Assembly (NCBI RefSeq): GCF_009914755.1
Contig: NC_060929.1
Source: the human T2T-CHM13v2.0 reference genome, Homo sapiens
Reading direction: 5' to 3' (one strand)
DNA length: 64,000 nucleotides
Part shown: positions 1 through 33,060 of the stretch, piece after piece
How the letters are laid out: every line of letters begins with the position of its first letter
Numbering within the stretch: the first letter of the stretch is position 1
Notes under the pieces: generated by a model
What the model was told of the DNA's origin: nothing
What the model saw: the letters and a program-made list of their open reading frames with translations, nothing else
Databases searched by the model: none
Made by a program: the position numbers and the translations under genes

Positions 1-118
1 GCCAGTACTCCAGTTACTGTACATTAGACCACTTGAAATTGTCCTACGGCCCACTGATGCTCTTAATTTCTTTCCATTCTTTTTTTTTTTCCTGTGTGTT
101 TCATTTTGGATAGGTTCT

Positions 119-120
119 TT

Positions 121-163
<43 letters not shown>

Positions 164-1836
164 TTTTTTTATTGATCATTCTTGGGTGTTTCTCGCAGAG
201 GGGGATTTGGCAGGGTCACAGGACAATAGTGGAGGGAAGGTCAGCAGATAAACAAGTGAACAAAGGTCTCTGGTTTTCCTAGGCAGAGGACCCTGCGGCC
301 TTCCGCAGTGTTTGTGTCCCTGGGTACTTGAGATTAGGGAGTGGTGATGACTCTTAACGAGCATGCTGCCTTCAAGCGTCTGTTTAACAAAGCACATCTT
401 GCACCGCCCTTAATCCATTTAACCCTGAGTGGACACAGCACATGTTTCAGAGAGCACAGGGTTGGGGGTAAGGTCACAGATCAACAGGATCCCAAGGCAG
501 AAGAATTTTTCTTAGTACAGAACAAAATGAAAAGTCTCCCATGTCTACCTCTTTCTACACAGACACGGCAACCATCCGATTTCTCAATCTTTTCCCCACC
601 TTTCCCCCCTTTCTATTCCACAAAACTGCCATTGTCATCATGGCCCGTTCTCAATGAGCTGTTGGGTACACCTCCCAGACGGGGTGGTGGCCGGGCAGAG
701 GGGCTCCTCACTTCCCAGTAGGGGCGGCCGGGCAGAGGCGCCCCTCACCTCCCGGACGGGGCGGCTGGCCGGGCGGGGGGCTGACGCTCCCATCTCCCTC
801 CCGGACGGGGTGGCTGGCCAGGCAGAGGGGCTCCTCACTTCCCAGTAGGGGCGGCCGGGCAGAGGCGCCCCTGACCTCCCGGACGGGGCGGCTGGCCAGG
901 TGGGGGGCTGACCCCCCCACCTCCCTCCCGGACGGGGTGGCTGCCGGGTGGAGACGCTCCTCACTTCCCAGACGGGGTGGCTGCCGGGCGGAGGGGCTCC
1001 TCACTTCTCAGACGGGGTGGCTGCTGGGCGGAGGGGCTCCTCACTTCTCAGACAGGGCGGTTGCCAGGCAGAGGGTCTCCTCACTTCTCAGACGGGGTGG
1101 CCGGGCAGAGACGCTCCTCACTTCTCAGACGGGGTGGCCGGGCAGAGACGCTCCTCACATCCCGGACGGGGCGACAGGGCAGAGGCGCTCCCCACATCTC
1201 AGACGATGGGTGGCCGGGCAGAGACGCTCCTCACTTCCTAGATGGGATGGCGGCCGGGAAGAGGCGCTCCTCATTTCCTAGATGGGATGGCGGCCGGGCA
1301 GAGATGCTCCTCACTTTCCAGACTGGGCAGCCAGGCAGAGGGGCTCCTCACATCCCAGACAATGGGCGGCCAGGCAGAGACGCTCCTCACTTCCCAGACA
1401 GGGTGGCGGCCGGGCAGAGGCTGCAATCTCGGCACTTTGGGAGGCCAAGGCAGGCTGCTGGGAGGTGGATGTTGTAGCGAGCCGAGATCACGCCACTGCA
1501 CTCCAGCCTGGGCACCATTGAGCACTGAGTGAAGGAGACTCCTGCAATCCCGGCACCTCGGGAGGCCGAGGCTGGCGGATCACTCGCGGTTAGGAGCTGG
1601 AGACCAGCCCGGCCAACACAGCGAAACCCCGTCTCCACCCAAAAAATACGAAAACCAGTCAGGCGTGGCGGCGCGCGCCTGCAATCGCAGGCACTCGGCA
1701 GGCTGAGGCAGGAGAATCAGGCAGGGAGGTTGCAGTGAGCCGAGATGGCAGCAGTACAGTCCAGCTTCGGCTCGGCATCAGAGGGAGACCGTGGAAAGAG
1801 GAGGGAGAGGGGGAGGGGGAGAGGGAGAGGGAGAGC
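119..1836 (-). mobile_element. SVA retrotransposon, antisense in TXNDC15 intron 1
   Basis: On the minus strand: (CCCTCT)n hexamer head ~1795-1836, Alu-like segment ~1420-1790, GC-rich VNTR ~670-1420, SINE-R ~170-665, A-rich (TAAA)n tail 119-170. 12-bp TSD TGGATAGGTTCT (107-118) / TGGACAGGTTCT (1837-1848), one mismatch. Confidence 0.96.
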
Positions 1837-1971
1837 TGGACAGGTTCTATTGCTATCTTCAAGTTGACTATTTTCTTCCGTATTGTCTACTTTACCATTA
1901 TTCTTATAGAGTGCAATTTTCATCTCAGACATTGTAGTTATTATAATTTACGTCTTTAAAAGTACGATTTG

Positions 1972-3626
<1,655 letters not shown>

Positions 3627-3629
3627 CGA

Positions 3630-4880
<1,251 letters not shown>

Positions 4881-4924
4881 TCCCAGATAATGTTTTTGAA
4901 TCTCTGAATGAATCCACAGAGCTC

Positions 4925-5168
4925 TATGCCCTAGTGTGAGGTAGATCAGTAGGGTAACTGTAGTTCATAATAGCCTATTGTATATTTTAAAATAGCTAGA
5001 AGAGAAGAATTTGAATGATTCTAGCATGAAGAAAAGACAAATATTTAAGGTGATGGATATCCCAAATACATTGATCTGATCTTTACAAATTGCATGAATA
5101 TATTGATTATCACATGTGCTTTGTGATTATCACATGTACATCTGTTATGCATCAGCAACAACAAAAAG
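4925..5168 (+). mobile_element. L1MA-type 3' end fragment
   Basis: ATTGTATATTTTAAAATAGCTAGAAGAGAAGAATTTGAATG...AAGGTGATGGATATCCCAAATAC matches the recalled L1MA 3'UTR pattern and ends in an A-rich tail. Confidence 0.7.
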
Positions 5169-6048
5169 CTCTACAGGGATATTCTTTGAAATCTTATACA
5201 AATGTGCATACCTGAGGAAGCCCCCAGACCTTCCCAACTTTGAAGTCAGTTGGTCACTGACACTCCAGTGACATGCTGTTGGCACGCAGAACTCATCACC
5301 CAGCGGGTGGTTTCTTAACCACATGGTGAGCTTTCGTGAGGGCTGCTGGCCTCACTGGTTTCTGCTGGTTGGTGCCTGGCACAAAGTCTGGCAGCTGGTG
5401 TTGAGTTGATGAGTTGGAGGGCAGGAGGCATTGCTACGGAGGTGAGTGGAGTTGGGTAAATAGATGTACGAGACTACCTGGGACTCTTCCCTTATCTGAG
5501 CATTATGCTCAAGACCCACCTTCTAGCTCCAAAGTGGGGGAAAGTTCTCTTCTTCCTCCTGCTGCTGCCTCTGCACTGCCGAGCCCATCTCCCAGCACTC
5601 CCAAGGGCAGCAGCCCAAGGGTGGCAGGCAGGAGAGCAGAGTCCAGCTGTCAGAGGCCACCTCAGGAAGGAGCTGCTGTGTGGCTTGAACAGTGTTCTTC
5701 AGGCAGTGTGGCTCAGCATCCCCGAGGTATCATGGCAGGGAGCCTACGGCTCGTTCTGGAGTAGCAGCCAGAAAACTTTGCTCGCAGACTTGGCTTTGCT
5801 GCTTACTATCTGTGTACCATCGGACACTGTGCTGAGCCTCTCTGTGCCTTGCCTCGTTACCTGTTCAGTGGTCTTGGTAACCCTTGTCTTGCCCATCTCA
5901 CAGGACTGTTATAATGTGTGCAAAGATGCTTTGTTCTAGTAGAATCTTGCATAAAACCATGATCCTTTTCTTGGATATTATCAAACAAATGAAACTCTTA
6001 TCAAAAAATGAAAGTGTTTATATTCTATTTTCCTAATGAGATATCTGA

Positions 6049-8512
<2,464 letters not shown>

Positions 8513-8679
8513 TAACCTTTGGCCAAACATATCGATATGACTGCTTAGTTCAGACTTAGCTCTGCTGAGATGATAGTTTGGATTTGAGATCGTAGTCCTC
8601 TAATAATTCCATTTTAGATGGTTTGAGATGCACAATTCAAAGGTGGGGGCAATTGCCTGGACCCTGTGAGTACTTAGTA

Positions 8680-12136
<3,457 letters not shown>

Positions 12137-12455
12137 TATTTGAAATGATGAATTATGAAAAATATTAAAATAACTTGTAATATTAGGAAAGCGCAGAGGA
12201 AAGTTTAAAACTTTCTGCTTAATTCAGCAAGACTTAAAAAAAGTGAAAGTTTATAACTTGTCATTTGATCATACTTTTTTGCTGGTTCCTGGATTCATAT
12301 GGTTCAAAATCCAAAAGGTTCCGAGGGTTCCTTCTCTCGCTGCTCCTACCCACCCGTTCCTCTCCCTGGAGCAGCAGTGTGTCCTGTTTCTTGGGTATCC
12401 TTTCAGAAAAATGTACTTTTACTGCTAACTTTAATGCTTGTTTCTTTTACCACAG

Positions 12456-12619
12456 GACCTTATGGATTTTCTGAACCCAAACGGTAGTGACTGTACTCTA
12501 GTCCTGTTTTACACCCCGTGGTGCCGCTTTTCTGCCAGTTTGGCCCCTCACTTTAACTCTCTGCCCCGGGCATTTCCAGCTCTTCACTTTTTGGCACTGG
12601 ATGCATCTCAGCACAGCAG
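12456..12619 (+). CDS. TXNDC15: TXNDC15 exon 3, thioredoxin fold with WCRFS motif
   Basis: cacag acceptor, [33 protein letters not shown]...SQHS, donor gtatct at 12620, 164 nt. Confidence 0.97.
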
Positions 12620-13214
12620 GTATCTTCCATTGGTGGGGTTTACGTCCATCCTCCTGGCTGATGGTTGCAGTTATTTGGAGGTCCTAATTAGTTAAGTTAG
12701 AAGCAGAAGAGGGGGGGCATGAACTGTGTCCTGGGATGGAAGGCAAGGCAAGAGTGAATAGTGAGGATTATCATACTCCTGAGGGAGCTGGTGGTGTCAC
12801 TTTATGGAGGCCCCTTAAAGAAAGTGGGCTGTTCTCTGTGTGGTGGATTTAAAGGTGGCAGGTGGTAGCACCTGATGGCAGGGGAGGGGCCAGAAGACTT
12901 TTGAGGGCCATAGCCAGACTGAATCAGCACAATTGGTATCACAGTAGGATATTCCTTTGTGACTTTAAGGCGCAGGTTAAATCCCCATCCCAGGCAGCCC
13001 AATTCCCAGCACCCCTGTTTTGTGTCTACTCAGGATTTCTTCCCTTCCTTTTCTTTTTCTTTCCTTCTTTTCCCTTTCCCTCTTTCCTTCTTTCTTTCCT
13101 GCGTACTTATTCTTGCAGTCATGTTCTGTAGTAGGCACTCGATCAAGTCATGAATTAATTTAGCTCTTTAACATGACATTTATCTTTGTTTTATATTTCT
13201 CGTGTATCATTCAC

Positions 13215-18115
<4,901 letters not shown>

Positions 18116-18452
18116 TTACTAGTTACTTACTGAACTTTGGTCTCAAAAGACACCAAAATACAACTCTTATAAACACATTGACTAAGAAACTTCTGATGAG
18201 TTCACAGAAATTCTAGTGTTTTAGTTGTGAACAGCTGAATGGGTTCCTGATCCTTTGATGCAGTGGGGAGAAAGGCAACTTACAAATTACACTGATAGGC
18301 AAGTGAAATCCATCCCATATATTTATATATATACTAGTGGCAATGCTTATTTTAGGACTGCATGTCATTTTGCATACCATACATAATACTTGAGAAAAAT
18401 CTGTGGTGGGTGCTTTTTCTGCCTGATTTGAAACCAGTGATTTTTCTTTCAG

Positions 18453-18649
18453 GTATAGAAGCCAAGAAGAATGTGGTGGTAACTCAAGCCGACCAAATAG
18501 GCCCTCTTCCCAGCACTTTGATAAAAAGTGTGGACTGGTTGCTTGTATTTTCCTTATTCTTTTTAATTAGTTTTATTATGTATGCTACCATTCGAACTGA
18601 GAGTATTCGGTGGCTAATTCCAGGACAAGAGCAGGAACATGTGGAGTAG
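18453..18649 (+). CDS. TXNDC15: TXNDC15 last exon CDS with transmembrane helix (WLLVFSLFFLISFIMYATI), stop TAG followed by TGA
   Basis: ttttctttcag acceptor, GIEAKKN...QEQEHVE*. Exons 2-5 total 980 coding nt, consistent with a 360-aa protein given a 103-nt coding exon 1. Confidence 0.97.
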
Positions 18650-19354
18650 TGATGGTCTGAAAGAAGTTGGAAAGAGGAACTTCAATCCTTCGTTTCAGAA
18701 ATTAGTGCTACAGTTTCATACATTTTCTCCAGTGACGTGTTGACTTGAAACTTCAGGCAGATTAAAAGAATCATTTGTTGAACAACTGAATGTATAAAAA
18801 AATTATAAACTGGTGTTTTAACTAGTATTGCAATAAGCAAATGCAAAAATATTCAATAGATGCACTATTCTTGTTTTTACTGCATGCACGTAATCCAGTA
18901 TTTGGAAAGTAATCCAGTTTGAAATGTGAAGATGTATTCCGGCAGAATAGTGAGTAGAATGACATGCTTACTATACAGAAGGCAAAAATAGGACTCTCAG
19001 GTAATAGTTTAAGGAAACCCTTGATTCCTTATATATGTTTAAGAAGGTTAGTTTTCTGTTTCTTTGCAGTTTTTCTTCTAGAGTCCATAGCAGGAAAGTA
19101 TGTAACCAGAATTGGTTAGTGTGACCCCCTCAAGTAGCAAGTGATGGAAAATAAGAGTCAAATACCTTGATGTTTGTGATCTCTAACTCAAAAAATTTGA
19201 AGTGTTTTAAGTTGTTTCTGGGTAAGGGAGATGTTAGGAGAAAGGAAATGCTGTAACTAAAGCTCAATTATTATCAGTTCTATGCTAACGTATACATTTT
19301 AATCATAGTTACCTAAGCAGCATGCATTAATTGAACCTTAAAATGTTCCCAGCA

Positions 19355-19655
<301 letters not shown>

Positions 19656-19744
19656 GAAGTATTGAAGTGTAAAACACTGTTCTTGCCCACAAGTTGATTC
19701 TAGTCTAGTTCAAGACACATGTTTAGTAAAGAGACAACATGTAA

Positions 19745-20064
<320 letters not shown>

Positions 20065-20586
20065 TGAAAAGCTGTTTCTAAAAGATTCCTTAAATTCAGA
20101 TATGACAGCTAATTACCTCATCATAAATTACTTTTATACTAATTGTTTCCAGGGTTTTAGAGTAGTTGAATGTTTATTTCACAAGGCACCCTAAATTCTA
20201 TAGAAATAAAACCTCAGATGAGTCTCCTTCTTAGAGTGTTACAATGAATGGGAGTTTACAACTTTTATGTGTCATGTTTCCAACAGCTGTGTTTGGGGTG
20301 GTCACTGGCAGGAGGGGACCGTATCTCAGAATGGCACATTATTTCTATTTTACACATGAGCAAATTGAGGCATAGAGAGTTAGATAACTTGCCCAGGTTA
20401 CACAGATTGTAAGTTGATGAAGCTGGGATTTGAATCTTCACATGTGTGTACTTATAAATACAAATGTAAGGAAAACTCTAGTGAGTCCACCTCTTATATT
20501 GAGTTATTACTGTGTGAGTGCCAAGTACTGTTTTAGATGCTTTACATATACTATTTTGTTTAATATCCTTTTTAAAGAATAAACTA

Positions 20587-23260
<2,674 letters not shown>

Positions 23261-23479
23261 TCAATTACATCTCAAAAAAGTCAAAAAAAAAAAAAAAAAG
23301 AATGAAAGAATACCTCCCCAAAAATGATACAAGAAAAGATTCACCTAAATCTGTTCACAGCTGTCTGCAGAGCTCCTACTGTGTGCTGAGCCTGGGGGTA
23401 AACAGGGCACGGACACGTTTGGGAGGGGATTACAGGCCGGGTTTCCACACTTTTTGGTCCAGGCAAACCCAGACGAGCC

Positions 23480-24600
23480 AGCTGGCTCAAGAACTTGGCA
23501 GCTGCGCGATGACTGAACAGAGGCTGCGTTCGAACCCACTACTGCAAGACTTAGGAGCCCCCGATGGGAACTGCCGTGGTTCACTGCCCCAGCCCCGCCG
23601 CTCAACTGCCCCGCCCTGGCCTACGACATCCTCCTGCCCGCATGGACTGCGCGCAGCGCCGCCAAGCGGGGAGCCCAGCTCGGTGCTAGCGCCCGCGAAG
23701 CGGAGGAGGCCGGCGCCCGAGGCTGGGCGAAGTTCCTCCTAGCGCAGCGAGGACCGGAGGGCAAGGCCAGCGCGCGCCGGGCGACCTGCGTCCCGGGCAC
23801 AGACGCGACGGGCCCGCACGGGGCGGGGACCGCGCGCGCCTGCTGGGCCTACGGCTGTGGGGCGCGCAGAGTCCACCTGGCGGCCAAGGGCGCTGGCGAC
23901 CGCTGAAGCTCCTGGGGGTGTTCGGGGTCCGGGCTGCGCCTGTGCCCGCGGGAAGGCTGGGCGCTTCCCACACACAGACCCCGCTCCGGGCCAGCCCCGC
24001 AGGGAGACTACCAGGGCTGGCGGTAGCTGGGCGTGGTCGGGTCGGGGGCGGCTGTGGGCGGCCGGCAGGCAGCGCGCGGGGCAGCCCTCGGCAGACGGCC
24101 AATGGCGGCGGTGCTCGGGGCGCTCGGGGCGACGCGGCGCTTGTTGGCGGCGCTGCGAGGCCAGAGCCTAGGGCTAGCGGCCATGGTGAGTGCACAGCGG
24201 CCGCGTGGGTGGGGGTCCGGGGTCGGGGGGCGGTGCGAGGCCCGGCGGCGTCGGCTGAGGGACCAGCGGGACTGGGGCGAACCCGGCGTGGGCCGAGCCT
24301 TGGAGCTCGGGCGTCGGGTCACCGCGTCCCGGGACTGACCACCTGTCCGGTGCGCCGCTCAGAGACCGGGGTGGCCGCAGCCTCCGCCACTTGCCCTTGA
24401 CTTTACACTTCCGCCGAAGCCTACGAACTTGCCAACCGGAAACAAATGGGAACGAATTTTGTTCAGCAACTACAAAAGGCAGATGTGAAAAGTAGTTGCA
24501 GAACAATTCGGTGCCCGCTGCCGCTCGTTGTGCTGAGGACGAACGGCGCTGCGGGCCTGGCTCCCTATGGCGGCTCCCTGCTCGCGCTTCACTCCAAGGG
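23480..24600 (+). promoter_or_regulatory. PCBD2: CpG-island promoter of PCBD2
   Basis: Very GC- and CpG-dense. GC box GGGGCGGGG 23820-28, NRF1-like TGCGCCTGTGC ~23935, CCAAT/YY1-like CCAATGGCGGC over the start codon, ETS-like CACTTCCG ~24406. Confidence 0.9.
24102..24185 (+). CDS. PCBD2: PCBD2 (DCoH2, pterin-4a-carbinolamine dehydratase 2) coding exon 1, [28 protein letters not shown]
   Basis: ATG at 24102, 28 codons, gtgagt donor at 24186. Matches recalled PCBD2 N-terminus. Confidence 0.94.
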
Positions 24601-24745
24601 GAACCCACAGAGGTTTTGGAGGAGTTATTAATAAATTGTCTTTTTTGGTGACATATTGACTTTTCTTTCCTTTTCCAAGGGGCCGTCAGTTTTCCTGCTG
24701 TAGAAATTAATATTTTAGAGTAAATGGAGGGAAAGTTTTAACATG

Positions 24746-24761
24746 CAGCACCACCTAGTGG
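24746..24761 (-). promoter_or_regulatory. Candidate CTCF site (CCACTAGGTGGTGCTG on minus strand)
   Basis: Motif match to CCAC(C/T)AG(G/A)(T/G)GGC only. Binding not shown. Confidence 0.5.
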
Positions 24762-24829
24762 AAAAGTGGTGCGTTAAACTCACCATCTCATTTTAAGTTG
24801 CATTTTAACCGCCCATTTCAGTTTGAAAT

Positions 24830-27693
<2,864 letters not shown>

Positions 27694-28411
27694 CTAGCAA
27701 AGAAGAAAAACTAGAAAACTGATTTATTAGTATTTTTTTCTTCATAGAAAAAGTTGTCTAAAGGTAAAATCTTTTTCCTCTCTTAATATTAGTGATAAAT
27801 GATTTTGGGATTTCTGAAGTGGGAGTGAGTTGCAGCTTAATGGCAGAGAATCCAGGGAATGCAGCTTAGCCCACAGTTGCCCTTTGATGAGGAGCCTTCA
27901 CTAATGTTCATCTTTCTGGGTGACAGCCTCTCTCTCACCTGAGCCTACAGTAACTCTGCAAGTAGGTAAGGCAAGAAGTATTGCCTGGAATGAGAACCCT
28001 GCTTTCCTGACTTCTAGTCAAGTGTCCATATCTTCTCTCTGGCCCTGATGTTTAAAGTTATTTCAGTTAAAAAACCAATAGCATGGGAAGTGTGGGCCTG
28101 TTAACCAACAGAACCTGGCTTTGTGAATGTCATCCCCAGGATGCGTAGAAACAGGCCAGACAGTGCACACAAGTGCTTTGGACTGGGCAGTACTCTGGCC
28201 AAACTATGGAGAGAGTTTTTCTGACTGGTGCTCTGAGAAGAGGGCTTCATAAACCCACCCCACTGAGGCCAGGGCTTTTTACCTGTAGTCCAGAGGATCT
28301 GTGGACCCCCAGAAGTTAGATAAAATCCTATGTAAATGTGCATTTGTTTTTCCCCATCCGGGGATTGGTTTTCATTAGATGTGACAGGAGATGGTAATTC
28401 CAAATAGTTAA

Positions 28412-29185
<774 letters not shown>

Positions 29186-29297
29186 AGAATTTGTTGCCTT
29201 TCAGACTTTTCTACATCTCTGCTTAAGGTAAGGAGCCATAAGTTTGAGTTTGAGTAAACTTGTACATTTTCAGATATGAAATGTGTTCTCTTCATAG

Positions 29298-29429
29298 TCA
29301 TCAGGTACTCACAGGTTGACTGCAGAGGAGAGGAACCAAGCTATACTTGACCTTAAAGCAGCAGGATGGTCGGAATTAAGTGAGAGAGATGCCATCTACA
29401 AAGAATTCTCCTTCCACAATTTTAATCAG
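29298..29429 (+). CDS. PCBD2: PCBD2 exon 2, [44 protein letters not shown]
   Basis: ttcatag acceptor, gtaatt donor, 132 nt in frame with exon 1, PCD/DCoH family sequence. No further PCBD2 exon (AFGFMSRVAL...) seen in the window. Confidence 0.96.
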
Positions 29430-31275
29430 GTAATTGTTATAAATTCTTGCTAGGGCTGTGGTCTATTTTAGTCACCTTAGGCCATAACACTTTCTGATTC
29501 TGCCAGTTGTCTGGTCCCATGTAGATCTAGGATTCAACTCTTCCCTTCTTTAAGAATTCAGTGATAGAGTGACATCCTTGTTGACAGTTGCTACCACCCA
29601 CCTGGGTGGTGTTTAGCTCTGGGGGAAGAGGGTGGTTTGTGTTACTTGGAAAACAAATTCTGAAACCACTATTGCTTTGGTATGGTGTTGGTTAGGATAT
29701 GTAGTTTCTTTTGAAATTTCAAATAACATTAAAAGAGAGTGTAAGCCTTTTATTATTGATTATTATTTTTTGAGACAGGGTCTTGCTCTGTTGCCCAGGC
29801 TGGAGTACAGTGGTATGATTGTGGCTTACTGCTGCCTCGACCTCCTGGGCTCAGGTGATCCTCCCACCTTAGCCTCCTGAGTAGCTGGGACTACAGGCAT
29901 GTGCCATGCCCAGCTAATTTTTGCATTGTTTGGAGAGGCAGGGTCTGGCTATGTTGCCCAGACTGGTCTCAAATTCCTGGCCTCAAGCGATCCTCCTGCC
30001 TTGGCCTCCCAATGTGCTGGGAATAGAGATATGAGCCACTGTGCCCAGCCTGAGCTTTTTATACTTATCAGAAAGGGGCATGAATAAAACTGGTTGAGGA
30101 AGATGTACCTGCTTGACTTATTTTCCCTGACTTTTTCTGGGCCGTTGGTAATTTTTCTTTCTTCCTGCAGTTAAATTTCTATCTCTCAGTCATCTCCCAG
30201 GCTGCACCCTTTTCCCTGACTGGCTTATTTTTCTCCAGCCCAGTAGCCAGATCCTGAACCTTTTCTTAAAACCTGACCTCCCCCTTGGAAGTCAGCTTTA
30301 ACAAGGTAACTGTTCCATTAGGGACCCACCCTGTTTAGAGAGTCATCTCCCATGACTTAACCTTCAGTTATTACACCACTGCATTTGTAAAAGGTAAATG
30401 CTTTTGACTATTTTGTTTGTTCAGTTAGTTTGGTAATCCTTTGGACAGATTTATTGTTTTTATTTATATTGGGTGTCGGCATCTAGAAGTCAGAGACCAT
30501 GTTTGCTTAAATAACTCTCTATTGTACCCAACACAGTTCTGGGTACAAACAGGCATTTGATAAATGCAGACATTGATTACAGTGTTTGCTAGTTTCTAGA
30601 AGGGTGTGTGAGGACCAGATTTGCACCAAAGAAACCTTCGGCATGTTTTCCTAGTAAATGTCATTGGCTCCACTGAGCTGCATGCCCGATTCTGTTCTCT
30701 ATCCATCTGGCTGCCAGCCTCTGCTGTGAGTCTCCAACTCCTAAGGAAACCTGGACCAAGCAGACTCCCTGTCCCCGCTGCCCCACGTGCTCAACAGCTC
30801 TTGTTAGGGGCTTAGCACGCTGTGGCTGGTGGCAGGGAATCCCATTGGTACAGTAAGCCTGTGCATAAGCTCTAGGTAGCATTTTCCAAGCTTATTAAAA
30901 TTCTTACATATGTACAGCTTGACTTCTTTAAACCTGGCCTAATTTATTGGGCTTGAACATGTGGCTTAAAGTACTCGAATGGTGTTGCCTCAGGCCCTGC
31001 CTATGATTCAGTCCTCCAGCACCATTCTGACCTTGCGCTCAGGGTGACTTTCAGCAATGGTAGGGAAGCATACTGGATTGATTGTAACATTATTCACTGG
31101 GGCATTTAATTAAGTAGACTTTTTTTTTCCCATTCACCCAACTTTTAGGAAAAAGAGGCAGATGACAAGAAAATCAGCTGATGTCAGGGAATGTATTCAG
31201 AGAACCAACACTGAGATTATATCCGGGGGTCAGTTTTCCCACTAGGCTCCTATGACTTCTGCGTGTACCATGGCC

Positions 31276-31807
31276 TGTAATGGTAACTGGTGTCCTGACA
31301 GTTGTCAGTGCCCTCCAGCGAAACACAACTAGGAACACACCTACAGTCGAACAAGTTGAGCTTATTGCTTATTGCTGTGAGGGAGAGTGCACACCAAAGG
31401 GCACCGTGGGGTGAGCCCATATAGGATTTGGGCTGTGGTAGTGATTTGGGGACTTTACTCTGGATTAGATGCTGTCAGGAAATGGGCAACTCTGTCATTT
31501 GGTATTTTAATAAATCGTATCTATAGGGAGAGTAGATTAAAGCAGTGCCAAAGCTGAAACTGAAGAAGAAGCAATAGTCACTCATTAGCTGGGAGAGGAG
31601 GATGTTTGGTATTTTGTGGCTTGGACAATGTTCATGTTTTGTCTGTGTTCAGGTATTGCAGAGTGGTCTTGTTTTTGTCTTCATCCATCATGGTCACAGA
31701 GTGGCCTTGTCTGGTGTTGATGTTGATGTTCGAAAGGAGAGCACCAAGGACTGGTTGATAGTACCAGGCCAGCGCCCAGGTGTCAGGAGTTGGTTTTCTC
31801 TTGCTCA
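31276..31807 (-). mobile_element. Solo ERVL-class LTR (MER76-like)
   Basis: Minus strand reads TGAG..GAGAAAACCAACTCCTGACA...AGACAAGGCCACTCTGTGACCATGATGGAT...TTACA with TG...CA ends. Family name from memory. Confidence 0.6.
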
Positions 31808-32079
31808 CAACTCGTGAGTAGAGTAGTGACCCTCTGGCGCTGATGGGTCCTCATTCATCTTTCATTTAGGACAGAAAAGCCATTGTTTTTTATTGTAACA
31901 ACAGCATAACATTAAAATAGGATGGTGTAAGTAAAAAAAATTTCCAATCGCAACTACTTTTATTTTTCTCTGTTCTCTTCTGGTCTTTCTCCATGGGTAT
32001 GTTTGTTTGCCAAGTATGCCAGAGCATGCCAGTTATACATGTGGTTACATTTAAAAAAATTTTTTAAATTTTATCATGA

Positions 32080-33060
32080 AATATTTATTAATTCAACAAA
32101 GATTTATTAAGCATTTTCTGTGTGCTAGGTGCTACTCTAAGCTCATACAGCTCCCATCCCAGTGGGAAAATAAACAATAAACAGATGAATAGGAAATATA
32201 ATTTCAGCTAGTGATGAGTACCCTGAAGAATAAAGTAGGGAATTGGAGTGGAGGGGGACAGAGGCACTCTTGGAGGTAGAGTGGTCTGGAAAGTCCTCTC
32301 TGGGGAGGGGATCTCTGAGGCCTGAATAATGTGAAGGAGCTCAGCACATGGTGATCCAAGGGAAGAGCTTTCCAGCTGGAGAACAGCAAGCACAGAGTTT
32401 CCAAAGCAGAATGACCTTGGCATGATTGAGCCAGAAGCAGAAGGCCAGTGTGGAGTGGAGCAGGCGAGGAGACGAGGGGAAGGGTCAGAGCATGGGGGCC
32501 TTCTTGGCGTGGTGAGGAGTTTGGATTTTATTCTGTGAAGGAAAGCTAATGGAGGATTTCAGGCAGAGAAGTGTCATCCTGTGGCTGTGTTCTAAAAAAT
32601 CACCCTGGCTGTTCTGCTCAGAATAGGCGGTAGGAAGGTCAGAGTGGAAGCAGGCAGACTCTGTAGAACACTGTTGCAGATGTCTAGACCGGGGATGATG
32701 GGGGTCTTATGGAGGTATCAGTGGGGATGGAGAGAAATGTAGGGTTCCACATATTTTGAAAGTAGAATAATCAAGACTTGCTGAATGATTGGATGTGTGA
32801 TAGGGGAGGGTCAAGGATGGCACCAAGGTTTTGGTTCAAGCTATAGTGTAAAGGGTAGTGCCACTGGAGCCATTTACTGAGCTGTGGAAGATGGGGTGCA
32901 AGGTGGGGGGCAGGGGTATGGAGGTGAGAATCCTGTTTTCACATGTCAGGTTTGAGGTACTTATTAGTCATCCAAATGGAGTTATTGGGTTAGGAGGTGG
33001 GTGTAAGAGGCTGGAGTTCAGGCTGAGACAGCAGTTTGTGAGTTGTCAGAGGGGATCACT
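32080..33060 (-). mobile_element. L2 LINE 3' remnant
   Basis: ATTCAACAAAGATTTATTAAGCA...TGTGTGCTAGG (reverse of the L2 3' end), plus downstream L2 motifs TCAAGGATGGCACC and CCATTTACTGAGCTG. Confidence 0.8.

Noticed and set aside
670-1420. Regularly spaced repeats superficially like a CRISPR array
   Set aside because: SVA VNTR units without unique spacers, in eukaryotic DNA with no cas genes.
94-1959. Many overlapping ORFs up to 166 aa
   Set aside because: They are translations of the GC-rich SVA VNTR, SINE-R and Alu-like modules.
5414-5939. Two overlapping ORFs (116 and 144 aa) in unique TXNDC15 intron 1 sequence
   Set aside because: No recognisable homology or convincing splice context, and the lengths are within chance.
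23302-24631. Long Pro/Arg/Gly/Ala-rich ORFs on both strands
   Set aside because: Expected from stop-poor CpG-island DNA. Only 24102-24185 has a splice donor and matches PCBD2.
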